Positions 21,041-32,004 of a stretch of DNA of 64,000 nt are shown one piece after another (within the stretch, counting starts at the first letter, position 1; each line of letters starts with the position of its first letter). This DNA comes from an uncultured Planctomycetota bacterium. Its GTDB lineage: Bacteria > Planctomycetota > Planctomycetia > Isosphaerales > Isosphaeraceae. A program made the translations under genes and the position numbers. The notes under the pieces were generated by a model. It did no database searches. It was not told the origin of the DNA and worked only from the letters and a program-made list of their open reading frames with translations. The stretch lies in contig CAWGMQ010000005.1 of the NCBI GenBank assembly GCA_963823665.1, forward strand, positions 864,001 to 928,000, in the 5' to 3' direction.

Positions 21041-22670
21041 GCATGAGGCGGGAATGGAACGCTGACGAACTTGCCGAGCACTGGTCATTACGACCGGAAG
21101 AGAAGGAACTGCTCGGCAGCAAACACGGACCGAGTCGCCTGGGCTTTGCCGTCCTGCTCAAGTTTTTCCAGCAGGAAGGCCGCTTCCCCCGGCAGCGCCA
21201 GGAAATACCCCCAGCCATCGTCAAATACCTCGCACGGCAGGCCGGGGTTGCGCAGGCTGCCTGGAACGATTTCGCATGGCAGGGTCGCACTATCGAATAC
21301 CACCGCGCAGATACGCGAGTTCCTTGGTTTTCGTGAAGCAACCGTCGAGGACGCTGGCGCAATTGGCGATTGGCTGGTGGAGCATATCCTGCCCCAGAAC
21401 CAGCAACGCGACCATATCGCCGCCGAGATCACCAACCGCTGCCGGGCGCTGCACATTGAACCACCAGCGCCGGAGCGCCTGGACCGCCTCATCCGCTCGG
21501 CGCTGAATACGTTTGAGCAGACATTCTGCGATGCCATCATGAAACGTCTCTCCGCGCAAACCTGCGGGCAACTGGAGGCGCTTCTTCTCCCGGATGGCAT
21601 CGGCGACGACGACCAACCTTCTTCGCCGGGGCAAATCCGGTCGTCGCTGAGCAATCTCCTCGCCGATCCCGGCGCTCCCACCCTGGACAATCTATTGGAG
21701 CAGATCGACCGGCTCGATCGCCTTCGTGCCATGGCGATACCGGACGATCTGTTCGAGCATGTTTCTCCCCGCATCATTCAGGAGTACCGCCAGCGCGCGG
21801 CCGTAGAATCGCCCTACGAACTCCGCCGGCACACCGCGCCATTGCGCCTGACGTTGCTCGCCGCCTTCGGCTTGCTCCGCAAGAGGGAATTGACCGACGG
21901 CCTGGTCGATCTCCTGCTCGCCACGGTCCATCGCATCGCCAGCAAGGCGGAACGGCGGGTTGAGAGAGAATGGCTGGATGACCTGAAGCGCGTGAGCGGC
22001 AAGAACAGTCTGCTTTTCCAGGTGGCCGAAGCGTCGCTTTCGCAGCCGCAGGGGGTTGTCAAAGAAGTGGTTTACCCGGTAGTGGGCGAGGAAACGCTGC
22101 GCGATCTGGTTGCCGAATGGCAGGCGACCGGACGGTCGTACAAAAGCCATGTGCAAACCCTTATCTGCAACTCGTACCGTTCCTATTACCGCCGTATGCT
22201 GCCTAAGATATTGGACGCACTGGAGTTCCGTTCCAACAACGACCGGCACCGCCCGGTGCTGCAAGCCATAGCGATTCTCAAGAAATATGCCGAAAACAAG
22301 GCATCCATATATCCGCTCCATGAAACCATCCCGGTGGAGGGCGTGGTGCGTACCCATTGGGAGCATACCGTGTTCGAGCAGGACGATGCCGGCCGGCGGC
22401 GGATCAACCGCATCTCTTATGAGATTTGCGTCCTTCAGGCGTTGCGCACCCAATTGCGGTGCAAGGAAATCTGGGTGGTAGGAGCCAACCGTTACCGTAA
22501 TCCCGACGATGACCTGCCCGCAGATTTCGAGGCGCAAAGGGCGGAATATTATGCGGCGCTGAACTTGCCGGGCAATGCCGACGAATACATCGCCGCCATC
22601 CAGAAGGAAATGGCCGACGCCTTGTCGTCACTCGACCGCACGCTACCACAGAATCCATATGTGAAAATTA

Positions 22671-24212
22671 GACACTCCTCGCTGAACACCACCGGATTTT
22701 AGGCGACTTGGCGTCGTTGCAGATCGTCGTTAGAAGTCGACTTCCGTTGGGTGAGCTTTCTGCGCTCGGCGACAGCCTTGGCCCCGAGCGGTGACCACGC
22801 GCTCCAGATCTCGTCGAGCTTCAGCACCAGAAACCGCACCAGCGTCTTTCGTCGCCGCCACTTGTACCTCACCTTCTCAAAGAAGCGAACCATCCGGTTG
22901 GTCCGCTCCACGTGATTGTTCGTGCGTACTCGCTGGCCGATCGGGCTGTTCAAGTAGGCCATGATCTTCGGGAATTTCTCTTCGTCGAGTTGCTCCATAG
23001 CCTTAACCAACTCCGGCACGGCTTGAAACGCCGAGTCACGCACGATCGCAGCACGTCGACAACTTGCTTGATGAAGATCCTTGTCCGTGTCGAACAACCA
23101 GTAGATCCGGTCGGCGAACCGACGCAACGTGCTCAACTCAGGCAGATGCTCAAGCATCAGCGTCAGGTTGGCCTGATCCGATTCCGTGAAGTTTTCCTTC
23201 CGCTTCACGATCAAGTGACGATGCTTGAACACAAAATGCGCCTTCTCCTTGACCGTCAAGCCGCGACGCTTGGCAGCGGCCTTCGCCTTCTTGCTTTTGC
23301 GACCCCGTTTCTTCTGGCGACCAGCTTTTCCCCGCCGGCTCATTGCACTTCGCAGGCGTCGCAGCGCATCCAGAATGAGCTTGTTGATGTTCTTGATAAT
23401 GTGAAATACGCACAACTGATGCTCGGCTTCAGGCCACAGCTCGGCCAGCACTGCTGGGTACAGGTTAGAGTCGTCGGTGATCACAACTCGCGGCCTCAAC
23501 CCCCACGTCTGGAGGTTGTTGAGGAACCGCCGCATGTGATCTTGGTCGTTGGCAGCAACCAGAGCGAAAGCCACGGGTATGTCGCTGAGTGGGTCGGTGG
23601 CCAAGAGTAATGTGAAGCTGCCGAGGTGCAGCTCATCCACGCAGAGGATGCCGCTGAAATTCTCGACGACCTTTCGCCGGTGCTCCGACATGTCGAGCTG
23701 TTCGGCACGATCGCGGAGCACGTCGTACACGAACCCCGTGGACAGGTCCAGCAGGAAATCGCGTCTGAGCGACTCCATAGTTTGTTCAACGTTCATTCCA
23801 TCCTTGAGGATCCGATCGAGCACCAGGTCGCGGACTTTGTTGTCGTAGCGGGCTCTGGGAAGTACACCCTCGGGAGTTGTTCGGAACGTCGTGCAGCAGT
23901 CACACTGGGCCTGATACTCACCGCAGGTAATCTCCAGATAAGCAATCTTCTTGTGCATGATGGTGCGAACCCTGCGAGGGGGTAATTTCCGTTTGCGACG
24001 CCCATGTTTACCGCACTTTGGACAAGGGGCCTTCTTGGGCGCACAGTGAACGGGTATAAAGACCGTCGTGGGCGACTCCATGCCCATGCTTGCGTCCTTT
24101 CGTGATCGGGAAGTTGATAGTACCCGCGATCACAAGGGCGCAAGCCCTAACCTTCAAGCCCAAAATGGCTTAGCCGTCGCGATTTTCCAGGTGGTGTTCA
24201 GCGAGGAGTGTC
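22671..24212 (-). mobile_element. ISL3-like insertion sequence
   Basis: 23-bp perfect IR GACACTCCTCGCTGAACACCACC; 8-bp TSD GAAAATTA at 22663-22670 and 24213-24220. Confidence 0.93.
22699..24087 (-). CDS. ISL3-like DDE transposase
   Basis: CPKCG zinc finger, LCVDE, VITDD, C.FH, TNNHVERTN. Confidence 0.9.
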   Translation of the reverse strand: MGMESPTTVFIPVHCAPKKAPCPKCGKHGRRKRKLPPRRVRTIMHKKIAYLEITCGEYQAQCDCCTTFRTTPEGVLPRARYDNKVRDLVLDRILKDGMNVEQTMESLRRDFLLDLSTGFVYDVLRDRAEQLDMSEHRRKVVENFSGILCVDELHLGSFTLLLATDPLSDIPVAFALVAANDQDHMRRFLNNLQTWGLRPRVVITDDSNLYPAVLAELWPEAEHQLCVFHIIKNINKLILDALRRLRSAMSRRGKAGRQKKRGRKSKKAKAAAKRRGLTVKEKAHFVFKHRHLIVKRKENFTESDQANLTLMLEHLPELSTLRRFADRIYWLFDTDKDLHQASCRRAAIVRDSAFQAVPELVKAMEQLDEEKFPKIMAYLNSPIGQRVRTNNHVERTNRMVRFFEKVRYKWRRRKTLVRFLVLKLDEIWSAWSPLGAKAVAERRKLTQRKSTSNDDLQRRQVA

Positions 24213-25797
24213 GAAAATTATCGTCGCCAAGAAGGGCGGCCGCGTCAAGGTTACGCCGTTGGAGCCTCAGCCCGAGCCCGCGAACCTGCTCGCCCTGAAA
24301 GCCGAGCTGGCCCTGCGTTGGCCGATGACCAGTTTGCTCGACATGCTCAAGGAAACGTCGCTGCGGGTCGGGTTCACCGAGGCATTCCGCAGCGCCACGG
24401 CCTGGGAGAACCTGGACGAGGAAATCCTCCAGCAACGGCTGTTGCTCTGCCTTTATGGACTGGGCACCAACGCCGGCATCAAGCGGATGAGCGCCGGCGA
24501 CGCGAACGTCGCATATAAGGATTTACTCTACGTCAAGCGCCGCTTCATTACCAAGGACCAGTTGCGTTATGCCATCGCCCAGGTGGTCAACGCGACGCTT
24601 CGCGCGCACAATCCCCTTATCTGGGGCGAAGGAACGACAGCCTGCGCGTCCGATTCCAAGAAATTCGCGGCATGGGACCAGAATCTGATGACCGAATGGC
24701 ACGTCCGTTATAGGGGGCGCGGCGTGATGATCTACTGGCACGTCGATCGAAAATCGCTTTGCATCTACTCGCAGCTCAAGACCTGTTCCTCGTCGGAGGT
24801 GGCCTCGATGATCGAGGGCGTGATACGGCATTGCACGGAGATGTCCGTTGACCGGCAATATGTGGACACGCACGGGCAGAGCGAGGTGGCCTTCGCCTTC
24901 TGTCGGCTGCTGGGATTCGAGTTACTGCCCCGGTTCAAAGGCGTCGGCAAGCAGAAGCTCTACCGTCCGGAAACCGGAAAACCGGACGCCTATCCCAATC
25001 TGGCCGCGATTCTGACGCGCCCGATCAACTGGGAGCTGATTCGCCAGCAATACGACCAGATGGCCAAGTACGCCACCGCGCTGCGCCTCGGCACGGCGGA
25101 GACGGAAGCGATCCTGCGGCGCTTCACCCGCAACAACCTTCAGCACCCCACCTACAAGGCGTTGGCTGAGTTGGGCAAGGCGATCAAGACGATCTTCCTC
25201 TGCCGTTACCTGCAATTCATCGAGCTGCGCCGAGAAATTCAGGAAGGATTGAACGTCGTCGAAAACTGGAACAGCGCCAACGGGTTCATCTTGTTCGGCA
25301 AAGGCAGCGAGATGACGAGCAACCGCCAGAAGGACATGGAACTCAGCATGCTGGCGCTGCACCTGTTGCAGATATGCCTGGTCTACGTCAATACGCTGAT
25401 GATCCAGCAAATCCTCGCCGAACGACGATGGGCCAAACGCCTGACGAAACAGGATCTCCGGGCGTTGACGCCGCTGATCTACGCGCACGTCAATCCCTAT
25501 GGGATTTTCCTGCTCGACATGCGTGCTCGCTTGCCCATTGAATCGGCATATAAAGCAGCAGCTTAAATTGTCATATTGCGGCTGGTGGTCGAAATGTTGG
25601 GTTTACCCCGGGAAGGGGTTAAGCCCGCGGTCGCTGGCGCTCGCGGCGTGCGTCCGGCCGGAGAAATGCGGTCTAAAGTCGAGCGTAGATGGGGCATAAA
25701 TCTGGACTGAATTGCGCCAGAAAAATGGCTTGCGCTCTTTCTCGCAGCGAGGTAAGTACAAAAAGTCTAAGCCAAAATCCCTCGCCATGGAGCTGCG

Positions 25798-26650
25798 ATG
25801 CCTGCCACCCAAAAACGCCGCCGAAATCAACCGCATAAAGTGCTGCATCTGTCGAGTTACGACCGGCTGGAAGCCTATCTGCGCGCCTTCGCCAATGGAC
25901 ATCTGAATTTGCTGATCCTCGTCGGCTCCGGCGGCCTGGCCAAGAGCCGCTCGGTGCGGGAGGCGCTGAACGGCATCGCCTGCTGGATCGAGGGCAACGC
26001 CACCCCGTTCGGCATGTATGTCAAGCTCTATCAGCACCGCGACGAATTCGTGGTGATCGACGATGTCGATGCGCTGTATGCCGACCGCAGCGGCGTCCGG
26101 CTGCTCAAATGCCTGTGCCAAACCGAAGAGGAAAAATCGGTGGCCTGGCACTCGGACGCGCAGCCTGGAGAAGCACAGCATCCCGCGCGAGTTCACCACG
26201 ACAAGCCGGGTGATCATCATCTCCAACGACTGGAAGACGCTCAACATGAACGTGGCGGCGCTCCAGGACCGCGGGCATGTGATTCTGTTTGAGCCCAGCG
26301 CGGCCGAGGTGCACCGCAAGGCCGGAACCTGGTTCGACGACCGGGAAATCTATGAGTGGTTCGGCGCCAACCTGCACCGCGTGCATGAGCCGTCGATGCG
26401 GCAGTATGTCCGGGCCAGGGAGCTCAAGGCCGCCGACATGGACTGGACCGACGTGCTGCCGGTCGAGGCCGAAAACAAGCGGCAGCGGCTGGCCGCCGAA
26501 CTGCTGGCCAGCGACGCCTACGGCAGCACCGCCGAGCGCGTCGAGGCGTTCAAGCAGAAAGGGGGAGGGTGCCGGGCGACGTTTTTTAATTACAAGCGGA
26601 AGTTGGGGAACTCGCCATGCATCCTATTGACGCCGCGACCGCCGAAGTAA
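25798..26650 (+). CDS. Putative P-loop NTPase-like protein (apparent frameshift ~26160)
   Basis: ILVGSGGLAKS Walker A-like, VVIDDVD Walker B, IISN sensor-like. Confidence 0.65.
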
Positions 26651-26803
26651 ACAATGGAGTAATAATTTTACACGTGTTGCTTATCGATTTATTCTATTTT
26701 CATGTTTTAAAATGATTTACACTTCGATCATTTGGAACTTCGGCAGACAGCCGAATTCGGACAAGCTGGTATTTCCTTGGTTTCATCATAAGGAGCCATC
26801 AAG

Positions 26804-27067
26804 ATGGCCATCGTCTATCTGCAAACGGTCGGCAGCCAAAGGCCGCTCTTCCTTGAGGGCAAGTTTGAATTCTCACGGGTGCCGTCTATCGGCGAAATTA
26901 TTCGGATTCCCGATAAAGAATCGCCTGGCAATGATCTTCACTGGTTTAAGGTCGCCGAGGTCACTCATTTCACCCGAATCGATAACCCTGCTTTCCAGGT
27001 CGATGCCGAATTGTTCGGTGAGGTTATGACGGAAGAGGCGTGTGATTTGATTTATCGTTTAGGCTAA
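26804..27067 (+). CDS. Hypothetical protein
   Basis: AAGGAG RBS; 87-aa ORF. Confidence 0.6.
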   Translation: MAIVYLQTVGSQRPLFLEGKFEFSRVPSIGEIIRIPDKESPGNDLHWFKVAEVTHFTRIDNPAFQVDAELFGEVMTEEACDLIYRLG

Positions 27068-27594
27068 CACCTCGCCAATCGGCGTCAGCTCAGTCGCCTG
27101 CCGATCCATACCGCAGCCGGGGCAAAAACCCTGTTTTCGCCCCGGCTTCTTCCTATCGGGGTCGCCCAGCGTCTTACGCCGGCCAGCGCCGCGATGCTGA
27201 TCGGTTGCAAGCGGGCGGTCGCAGAGAATGGCCTCCGGCGGCTCTCTCAAGCTGAGCTGGTCCGATCAGATTCGTTGAGCGCCGATGAGAACGATAAATC
27301 GCCGGAGCACAGCTTCGAGTTCAGTAAACGCACGCTTATCCCGGCACGGAAGTCTGGTTGCCAATGGCGGAACTGCACAAGGAGCTCGTCCACTGCGAGT
27401 GCATTGTTGGTCAAAAAAGGGCAATTCTGGCTTTTTTAACGATAAAATGTGCACTGGAACACGTGGGACGGACGAATACTATGAATGGCTCTGCCAGGGA
27501 GCACACCGTCAAGTTAGTTCTCCAGCCATAAGCCTTCTCCGTTACCGGAGGAACCTAATGGCGTTTGACAACGTTGATTGATTGGAGACCAACC

Positions 27595-27732
27595 ATGTCA
27601 GCGAACAAACCTCGGAAAATCGGCCGGGATTCCAGGACCGGCGAATTTGTCCCGGTCAAGGAGACCGAGCGGCGGCCAAGAACGACTGAGGTTGAAACCA
27701 TTAAGCCGCCGAAAAAGGACAAAAAGTCCTGA
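27595..27732 (+). CDS. Small basic protein with RDxxTGxF motif (45 aa, not in ORF track)
   Basis: GGAG RBS; MSANKPRKIGRDSRTGEFVPVKETERRPRTTEVETIK... Confidence 0.65.
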   Translation: MSANKPRKIGRDSRTGEFVPVKETERRPRTTEVETIKPPKKDKKS

Positions 27733-27771
27733 ACCTTACGTTCCGGCATCCGGCCGCGTTCAGCGTCGCCG

Positions 27772-27875
27772 TGGACAATCAAGATGATGTGAGCCATAAT
27801 ATGCTTACATCACAGCCCAATCGCTTCGCCGGTTGGGCAGCAGGGCCATCCCGCAAGGGATGGCCCTAGCTTTTT
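27772..27875 (+). ncRNA. Promoter plus two-hairpin leader RNA ending in an intrinsic terminator
   Basis: TGGACA-17 bp-CATAAT; hairpins GCCCAA..TTGGGC and AGGGCCATCCC-GCAA-GGGATGGCCCT followed by a T-run. Confidence 0.55.
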
Positions 27876-27890
27876 CATAAGCGATCATGG

Positions 27891-27955
27891 ATGAATACCA
27901 ACGTCTATATCGACGGCTTCAACTTGTACCATCGTTTGCCTGAAAGGGACGCCGC
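27891..27955 (+). pseudogene. N-terminal remnant of an NYN/LabA-DUF88 nuclease
   Basis: MNTNVYIDGFNLY is the NYN N-terminal motif; similarity is lost immediately after. Confidence 0.7.
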
Positions 27956-28223
27956 ACAGCAAAATGAGAGCCTTGGCCCTAGAGCTTATTGCGGCGGCAG
28001 CTTTGGCTGGCGGTACGCGACTAAAGAATCGGGTCGGCCTAGAAATCGCGGCTTAACGTCGCGACAAAGACGCCAAACTAAACGAGTGATACTAAAGTTG
28101 AACCATGATCCGGCCGATCAGTTGATGACTGTTGAGCAGCAAGCTCTAATTGCCCGATAGCGCAGGCCGCGCCGAAGTTCCGGTCATCGGTTTTGTGGTC
28201 AGCGTCGCCGGGAGTATTGTGCG

Positions 28224-29123
28224 GTGGCTTACAGCAATTTCGAGAAGATCATCGACATACGGGCAAAGTTGCAGTCGGCGAAACTCGACGTCAAAACGGA
28301 TTCGGATTCTATACGCCGTGTGGCCGACTCGTTTCAGAAGAATATCGCACGGATGAACGCATTTCTGTCTCTGTCGTTGGCGCTCATCGACAGCGCATGG
28401 GTTCAGATGAGGATCGATGGGCAGTTCAAAAAGGAGGGCGAACCCCATCGGCCATTTTCTCGGATTCCCGGTGACGGTACCGAACGGATTGGCGAGGTGC
28501 TACAGCAGCTCATTCAAAACGCCGCGATAAGGGACAGGGAGCAGATCGAGTTGGGTCTGGGCGCGACTCTCGCCAGTGTCATCATCGGAGCGTGGACGGC
28601 ATTCGAGGCGATTGCGACCGACCTTTGGGTTGAATCGGTCAATCTTCATCCTTGGGGATTGGCTGAAATCAAGGGTCAGCCGCTTGCAACCAAGAATGAA
28701 GATGCAGAGGACCTCGGAGAGGATGAGGCGCCAAAACTGGATAAGTCCGTTTCACTGAACATGCTGCAGAGGCACGGATACGACATCAGCGATCATATGG
28801 GTGACATACTGAAGAACAAATTCAACTTCAATGTGCTAGTGGGGATAAGAAGCGCATACCGGGCTGCATGGGGCAAGGAAGACGAAATGGATCGCATCCT
28901 GAAAGTGGAAAAACTCAGTGTGCTCGGCGCGGTGCGGAACGTTCTTGTCCACAATGGCGGAATTGCGGACCCAAGATTCGTGCGGCGTGTCAAAGGTGAC
29001 TCGCGATTCGGCACTATCACGCCCGACCAGCCAATCACTATCGACGGCGACCTCGCGGAGGAGCTGGCAACAACGTCGGTGGATTGCTCCTGCGCCTGTT
29101 CAGATGCGTGGACGATTGGCTGA
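28224..29123 (+). CDS. Putative HEPN-domain protein
   Basis: Helical protein with WTAFE and Rx4H motif RNVLVH(NGG). Confidence 0.65.
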   Translation: MAYSNFEKIIDIRAKLQSAKLDVKTDSDSIRRVADSFQKNIARMNAFLSLSLALIDSAWVQMRIDGQFKKEGEPHRPFSRIPGDGTERIGEVLQQLIQNAAIRDREQIELGLGATLASVIIGAWTAFEAIATDLWVESVNLHPWGLAEIKGQPLATKNEDAEDLGEDEAPKLDKSVSLNMLQRHGYDISDHMGDILKNKFNFNVLVGIRSAYRAAWGKEDEMDRILKVEKLSVLGAVRNVLVHNGGIADPRFVRRVKGDSRFGTITPDQPITIDGDLAEELATTSVDCSCACSDAWTIG

Positions 29124-29327
29124 GCGTAAAGCTAGCCGATAAAGGCGGACGCAATGACCTCGGGCAATAATGATATTGGGCCAGGCTATGATTCGCTGCC
29201 CGTCTGCGATGGATGCGGCGGCGATGGCGGCCACTGGGGCGAAGAGGACAATCGCTGGTACGCCTGCGCACTGTGCGGGGGCTTGGCCCGGCCGGTCGGG
29301 CGGTTTCTAGGTTACACGGAGGACGGT

Positions 29328-29558
29328 ATGTTCGAGATCTTCCAAAGCTCCAAGGATAGTAAGTGGTACTGGCACTTGCGAGCGAGAAATCATCAGATCG
29401 TCGCTACGTCAGGCGAGGGATACGAGAGCAAAACAAATTGTGTGCGGGGGCTCAAGACGGCCCGCGAATTGATGGGCTGCAATATCCTGACCGACCTGTC
29501 GCAGACCGATCATCGTGGGATTTCGCCCATCGCTAACCTGGAAAACGTGTTGTGGTAA
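29328..29558 (+). CDS. YegP/DUF1508 family protein
   Basis: FEIFQSSKDSKWYWHLRARNHQIVATSGEGY; GGAGGA RBS. Confidence 0.85.
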   Translation: MFEIFQSSKDSKWYWHLRARNHQIVATSGEGYESKTNCVRGLKTARELMGCNILTDLSQTDHRGISPIANLENVLW

Positions 29559-29789
29559 GCTCCCCAGCGGCGCGATCGCCAGCCCAGCCGAAGTTGGACG
29601 AGGGCAACGATTCGTGGCAAATATCCACAGATTTCGGGCAACATATCGATAATTGATGATTGTCAAGTTTTGGCTGAGAGTGCACTACAGCCAGCAGATT
29701 TCAAGATTCCCTCACCAGCAACCACGATCCGTCACGATTTATATGGCAGTGTTGTGGCCAGTTCAAACCAGATGCACGGGGAACTACAG

Positions 29790-29963
29790 ATGGCGACGAA
29801 TCCACCGGCCGGCGACGGACACCGCCAAGGGCAGGTGACTCACAGGTCCCAAGTATTCAACCCGGTGACCGGACTTTGGGCCAAGCGTGACACGGAAACC
29901 GGAAGATTCATGGCCGTAAAGCAAGATGGCGAGCCGTTCAAGGGTGTCCGCCAGGAACGTTAA
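29790..29963 (+). CDS. Small protein with KRDxxTGRF motif
   Basis: MATNPPAGDGHR.G...RSQ..NP.TG.WAKRDTETGRFM...GEPFKGVR. Confidence 0.75.
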   Translation: MATNPPAGDGHRQGQVTHRSQVFNPVTGLWAKRDTETGRFMAVKQDGEPFKGVRQER

Positions 29964-30862
29964 GGTCTTGCCAACGGCTCTCATTCCCACACCCCGTTCG
30001 CCCGCGATTTCAACATCGTGTGGCTACCGTGGTCGCGTAGGTCTGAAACTCTCCTGGAACAGCACAGGCTCACTGCACAACAGGTTCAGGAGACTTGCGA
30101 CACGCTACCTCGTTGACGCTGGCGTTTAGCGAGTGATGGTGTCTAAAACAGATTTACGGCCCGGAACGATGTATACTTTTACGTCAGCGGCCAGATACGT
30201 GTCGGACGCGTGAGCAAATTCGAGAACCATATCTCGGAGAATGGATCGAGGGAACGCACAACCGCGAACTCGCGGGCCCTGCGCAGAGGCTCCTGGATTA
30301 CCAACTGCCCGTCGCAAAACAACTCTGTCCAAATGTGAAGCGATGTTGTAAAGACGACAAGCCACGTCGCGGCATCGCGATCACGGGCGTAATGCCTATC
30401 CACTTTGTTTTGCATCGCGTGCCGGATCGCGTCATCGCGCTTCGTGCTGTCCAATTGGATCGCCACATTACTTGCTGCCGAGAAGTGGCCGATTGAATTG
30501 GGATTTCCTGGATCTGATGATCCTGGAGGGAGTTCAAACTCTCTTTGGCGGATTTCCGTGATTTGGAGAACAACGCGTTGCCCATTGATCGTCATGGAAG
30601 CGTCATGATCGCGCTCGGGCAGCCTCATTAGATCGGAGACCGATAATCCGAAGTGGCGTGTCAGTTGCCGCGCTGTCACCGGGCGCTTCAAAACCAGCCA
30701 ATTATGGGCGCTTATCGGTAGTTCAAAACCAGCCACCCCGTTCGGGTAGTTACATTGGTCAATTCAATACAGCTCTACGGTAATCACGACTGACTGAGAA
30801 CTTGCTTTGCTTGGCCGAATCGGTCTTTGACTTTTCCGGCGGAGCCGAATTGGCTCCTCATT

Positions 30863-31786
30863 TTAACGCTTCGTTGTGGTCTTGCCTCCTCCCTTTCCGC
30901 TGGCGTTGGAGCCAGATGGCGCCTTGGCTGGTTTTGAATCTGGTGGGTTCTCTTCCGACCCGGAGGGCGCTTTGGCTGGTTTTGAATTCGAACCACCATG
31001 CTCAGAGCCGGAGGGCGCTTTGGCTGGTTTTGAATCTTCAAACCCGTTTCCGCCCGAAGCCGATTGGTGCCGCAGGCGGTAACTTCGGCCCTCCAATCGC
31101 ACGAGCTCGGCATGATGCAGGAATCGATCCAAGATCGCCGTGGCACTCGGCACATCCCCGAGAAGCTTTCCCCAATCCTCGAGCGGACGGTTCGATGTCA
31201 TCATCGTTGACCGTGTCTCATACCGCCGCATCACGACCTCGAAGAGACATTCACCGGAACGCCTCGGCAATTGCTTCATTCCCATGTCGTCGATGATCAA
31301 CAACTCGGGCTTCAGGTACATCGTCAGCATCTTGTCCTCCTGCCCCAACACCTGATCATGCAGGAAGTCCCGGACCAGGTCGAAGACCGAGCGGTAAAGA
31401 ACCGTGTAACCGGCCTTGACGGCTTGATACCCGATCGCTTGTACGAGATGGCTCTTTCCGAGGCCGGGCGGTCCCAGCCAGAGCACGTCGCGCCCTTCGC
31501 GGAGGAACCGACAGCTCGCCAAGTCGTACACCTGCTTGCGGGGGATCGACGGGTTGAACGACCAGTCGAAGTCTTCCAACGACTTCCGCTCGCGAAACTC
31601 AGCCGCTTTGAACCGTCGCTGGAATTGGCGATCGGCTCGCACCGCCAGCTCGTCTTGAAGGATCAGCTCAAGGAACTCGCTGTGGCTGAGGCCGTGGCCA
31701 GCGGCCTCCTGTAGGCGAATCTCCAGGCTCTCCAAGAGTCCGGAGAGCCGTAGTTGCCTCAATACATTTCTCAGTGGTTCATTCAT
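30863..31786 (-). CDS. istB: IS21 helper ATPase
   Basis: GPPGLGKS, LLIIDD, TSNRP, AILDRFLHH. Confidence 0.95.
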   Translation of the reverse strand: MNEPLRNVLRQLRLSGLLESLEIRLQEAAGHGLSHSEFLELILQDELAVRADRQFQRRFKAAEFRERKSLEDFDWSFNPSIPRKQVYDLASCRFLREGRDVLWLGPPGLGKSHLVQAIGYQAVKAGYTVLYRSVFDLVRDFLHDQVLGQEDKMLTMYLKPELLIIDDMGMKQLPRRSGECLFEVVMRRYETRSTMMTSNRPLEDWGKLLGDVPSATAILDRFLHHAELVRLEGRSYRLRHQSASGGNGFEDSKPAKAPSGSEHGGSNSKPAKAPSGSEENPPDSKPAKAPSGSNASGKGGGKTTTKR

Positions 31787-32004
31787 GGAGAAAACTCCTG
31801 GTGTGGTGTGGAAAATGTCGTGCTCGATCTCGATCGCCGATCACAGAATCAAAATGTCATCTCCGTCCCTCTTGCCGAGCCGGAGCTGAGCCCCGTCCCC
31901 TCTTTTTCGCCGGAAACTCGGTAGCCACTGCAACGTTGTTTGCACCGTGACCGGCGGAGGTCTGCCAAGTCGATTCAGGCACTCCCGCTCAAAGCAACTC
32001 TGAT

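Larger units (their letters stand above)
21043..25566 (+). pseudogene. tnpA: Tn3 transposase, interrupted by an IS
   Basis: DUF4158-type N-terminus; DDE C-terminus ([13 protein letters not shown]). Removing the IS and one TSD restores ...PYVKIIVAKK; additional frameshift near 21308. Confidence 0.93.
19231..25609 (+). mobile_element. Tn3-family transposon with passenger gene
   Basis: Terminal IRs GGGGTAAACCCAACATTTCRACCACCAGCCGCAA at both ends; 5-bp TSD GGGAA at 19226-19230 and 25610-25614. Confidence 0.96.
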
